The notes beneath the pieces were generated by a model, which searched no databases, was not told the origin of the DNA, and saw only the letters and a program-made list of their open reading frames with translations. Below are positions 61,370-64,000 of a stretch of 64,000 bases of DNA, in pieces (the first letter of the stretch is position 1; each line of letters begins with the position of its first letter). This DNA is from the human T2T-CHM13v2.0 reference genome, Homo sapiens, in the NCBI RefSeq assembly GCF_009914755.1, contig NC_060925.1, one strand, 5' to 3'. Made by a program: the position numbers and the translations under genes.

Positions 61370-63330
61370 AAATACCATCCTTTCCCCATTGAATAGTGTT
61401 GACTCCCTTGTTAAAAATCATGACCGTGTTTTTCGGTTCTTTATTTCTATCGCATTGGTCTTTATGTCTGTCTCTATGCTGGTACAACATTGCTTCGGGT
61501 ACTGAAGCATTACAGTAAGTATGAAACCAGGAGGTGTTTGTCCTCTAACTTTGTTAGTTTTTAAGATTGATTTGGCTACTTAGGATTTTTTTAGATTTCA
61601 TCTGAATTTTAGAATAGGTTTTTCTATTTTTGAATATATTGGAATTTTTATAGTGATTTTATTGAATCTGTAGATCGCTATAGATAACAATGGCATCTTG
61701 ACAAGGTTTTGTCTTCCAGTCCATAAACACATGATGTCTTTTCATTTATTTGTGTCATCTTTAATACTTTTCTGCCATGTTTATAGTTTTTGCTGTACAG
61801 GTTAAGTGGGTTTCTAAGTATTTTATTCTTTTGATGCTATCATACATGATACTGTTGTCTTGATTTCTTCTTCAGATAGTTTATTGTTATTGTAGAAATA
61901 CAACTGATTTCTGTGTATTGATTTTGTATCCTGCAACTTTGCTGAATTTTATTTATTGTATCTGACAGTTTATTTCACAGAAACTAAAAGATTTTTAATA
62001 TATAAGGTTATGTCATCTGCAAACAGATAATTTTACTTTTTAAAAAATTGGAATATCCTTTATTCTTTTACTCACCTTATTGTTTTAACTAACTAGAACC
62101 TTCAGTACTACATTAAATAGAAGTAGTAAAAGCAGGCATCCTTGTTTTCGCTCTGAGGGTAAAAGCTTTCAGTCTTTCACCATGTTAGCTGTGTTTTTTT
62201 TTGTTGTTGTTTTTTGGGTTTTTTTTTGTATAACATTATGTTAAGGTGTTTTCTTTCTTTTTATAATTTATTAAGTACATTTTATCATGAATGTGGGTTA
62301 AATTTTGACAAATGCTTTTTCTTTAAGATGATCACATGAGGTTTTTTCCTTCATTATGTTAATGTGATATTACACTGATTTTCATGTGTTAGAACATACT
62401 TTTATTTCAGGAGTCAGTTATACTCATTCATAGTGTATAATCCTTTTAATGTACTGCTAAATTTGAATTGCTGGTATTTTGTTGAGGATTTTTGCATCAA
62501 CATTTGTAAGGGATGTTTGTTTGTAGTTTTCTTATGGTGCCTTTGTCTGGCTTGGTGTCAGGGTAATACTGGCCTCATATAATAAGTTAGAAAATGTTAC
62601 CTCCTTTTCAACGTTTTGAAAAAGTTTGAGAAAAACTGGGTTAATTCTGCTTTAAACGTTGGGTAGAATTCAACAGTGTAGCCATCTGGTCCAGGCTTTT
62701 CTTTGTTGCTGGGTTTTTTATTACTGATGCAATCTTCCTGCTGAATCTCCTTGCTCAATAGGTTTATTCAACTTTTCTGATTCAGTCTTAGTAGGTTTTT
62801 TGTTTCTAGGAATTTGTTCATTTTATTTAGGTTATTCAATTTTTTTAGTGTATAATTCCTTATGGTACTCTTCTACATCCTTTTTTTACTCCAAAAGTTT
62901 GTTAGTTATGTACCCATTTTATTTTTGAGTTTGGTAATTTGAGTATTCCCTTTTTTTCTTAGTCAATCTAGATAAAATTTTGTCAGTTTTTATCTTTTTC
63001 AGAGAACAAACTGGGTTTTGTTGGTTTTTGATATCTTTTTCTATTCTCTATTTCACTTATTTCCACTGCTATCTTTATCATTTTTAAAATTTTGCTAGCT
63101 TTTAGTTGTCCCTCTTTAATAGTCCCTCTTTTTCCCTCTGTTTTTCTTTCCTTAGGAGTAAAGTTGTTGATTCGGTATCTTATTTTTTATAATCATTTAT
63201 AGCTATAAATTTTTCCCGTGTGGTACTGTTTTTGATGTATCTCTTAACTTTTGGTATTTCATATTTTTAATTTGTCTCTAGATATTTTCTATTTTCTCTT
63301 GTGATTTCTTCTTTTATCCATTCTTGGGTG
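61370..63330 (-). mobile_element. Old L1M ORF2 segment
   Basis: TTGATTTTGTATCCTGCAACTTTGCTGAATT, GTCATCTGCAAACAGATAA and GGGTAATACTGGCCTCAT are antisense L1 ORF2 hallmarks. Confidence 0.85.
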
Positions 63331-64000
63331 TTTAATAACTATATTTTTAGACATAAAATGTGTAACCTACAAAATTTTCTTGATTTGTTACAGTTTTATT
63401 TGTTGTAAGTTTTTATTTCAGAATTAAATATGTGTATCAACATTTGTTGTGTTCTCATAAACTTTGTAATACATGGAGATTTCTGGTCCACATATGTAAG
63501 TCTCTACATTAATATTATTTTGAAGCATTTAAACTTCTGTTTTAATATTTCAAAGGTCTAAATGAAATTGAGATTTTTGGTTTCTGAGATGAAATCATGG
63601 TAGGTGACTGAGAAATGCTTAAAAATTAGCCAAAACTTAAAATTAAGTTAAAGTTTACTAAGTCACCCTGTATTGCTGGTAATAAAAAATAAGTCTTTAA
63701 TGGTATAAAAGCAAACTTCAGAGAATGTTTTCTTTTCCCCAGTTGACATCTAAATTAAAAGCTGGAAAAAATTTTTATGGCTTTATGCGTTTTTCACTTT
63801 ACAATTTCAACTTTTTCTGGTTAAAATTTTTCCAAACAGATTCCTGTGTATTTGAAAGACAAATTTTTTTTAGTTGAAATGCTTAAGCAGTTAAATAAGG
63901 CCATGAAACTTTCTTGAACCTGTGGGAATCCATGAGAAAATCTGACATTATGTTCTATTCTCTTGGAAGGTAGAAATATCGTTTGACTTCTGTTTTGCTG

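Overview
Human (primate) subtelomeric, segmentally duplicated genomic DNA with no intact protein-coding gene. I recognise the gene order from memory, not from a search, as distal 1p36.33: the 3' end of FAM87B, a bidirectional CpG-island promoter driving LINC00115 (-) and the multi-exon lncRNA LINC01128 (+), then FAM41C (-) overlapping the beta-tubulin pseudogene TUBB8P11 (+). The recalled exon sizes agree with AG/GT splice signals and poly(A) signals visible in the sequence. The window is very rich in tandem arrays: a 35-bp unit x~106, a 14-bp unit inside L1 ORF1, an exonic 49-bp unit x10, a 49-bp unit x~16 grown from an MLT1 LTR, a 107/103-bp higher-order array and a 10-bp G/C-tract array of ~1.5 kb. 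It also carries ordinary Alu, L1, LTR and DNA-transposon relics and a perfect CTCF motif. Nearly all long ORFs in the track are by-products of repeats or GC content. I see no demonstrable new biological system. The best leads, all hypotheses, are: (1) an exonic 49-bp VNTR in which each unit is a self-contained 14-codon ORF; (2) a spliced FAM41C exon antisense to a TUBB8-like CDS/3'UTR; (3) an LTR-derived VNTR that multiplies MRE/E-box/CRE-like motifs; (4) a 35-bp array carrying overlapping miR-196 and miR-142-3p seed matches; (5) a still-open TUBB8 exon-4 copy carrying G98R.
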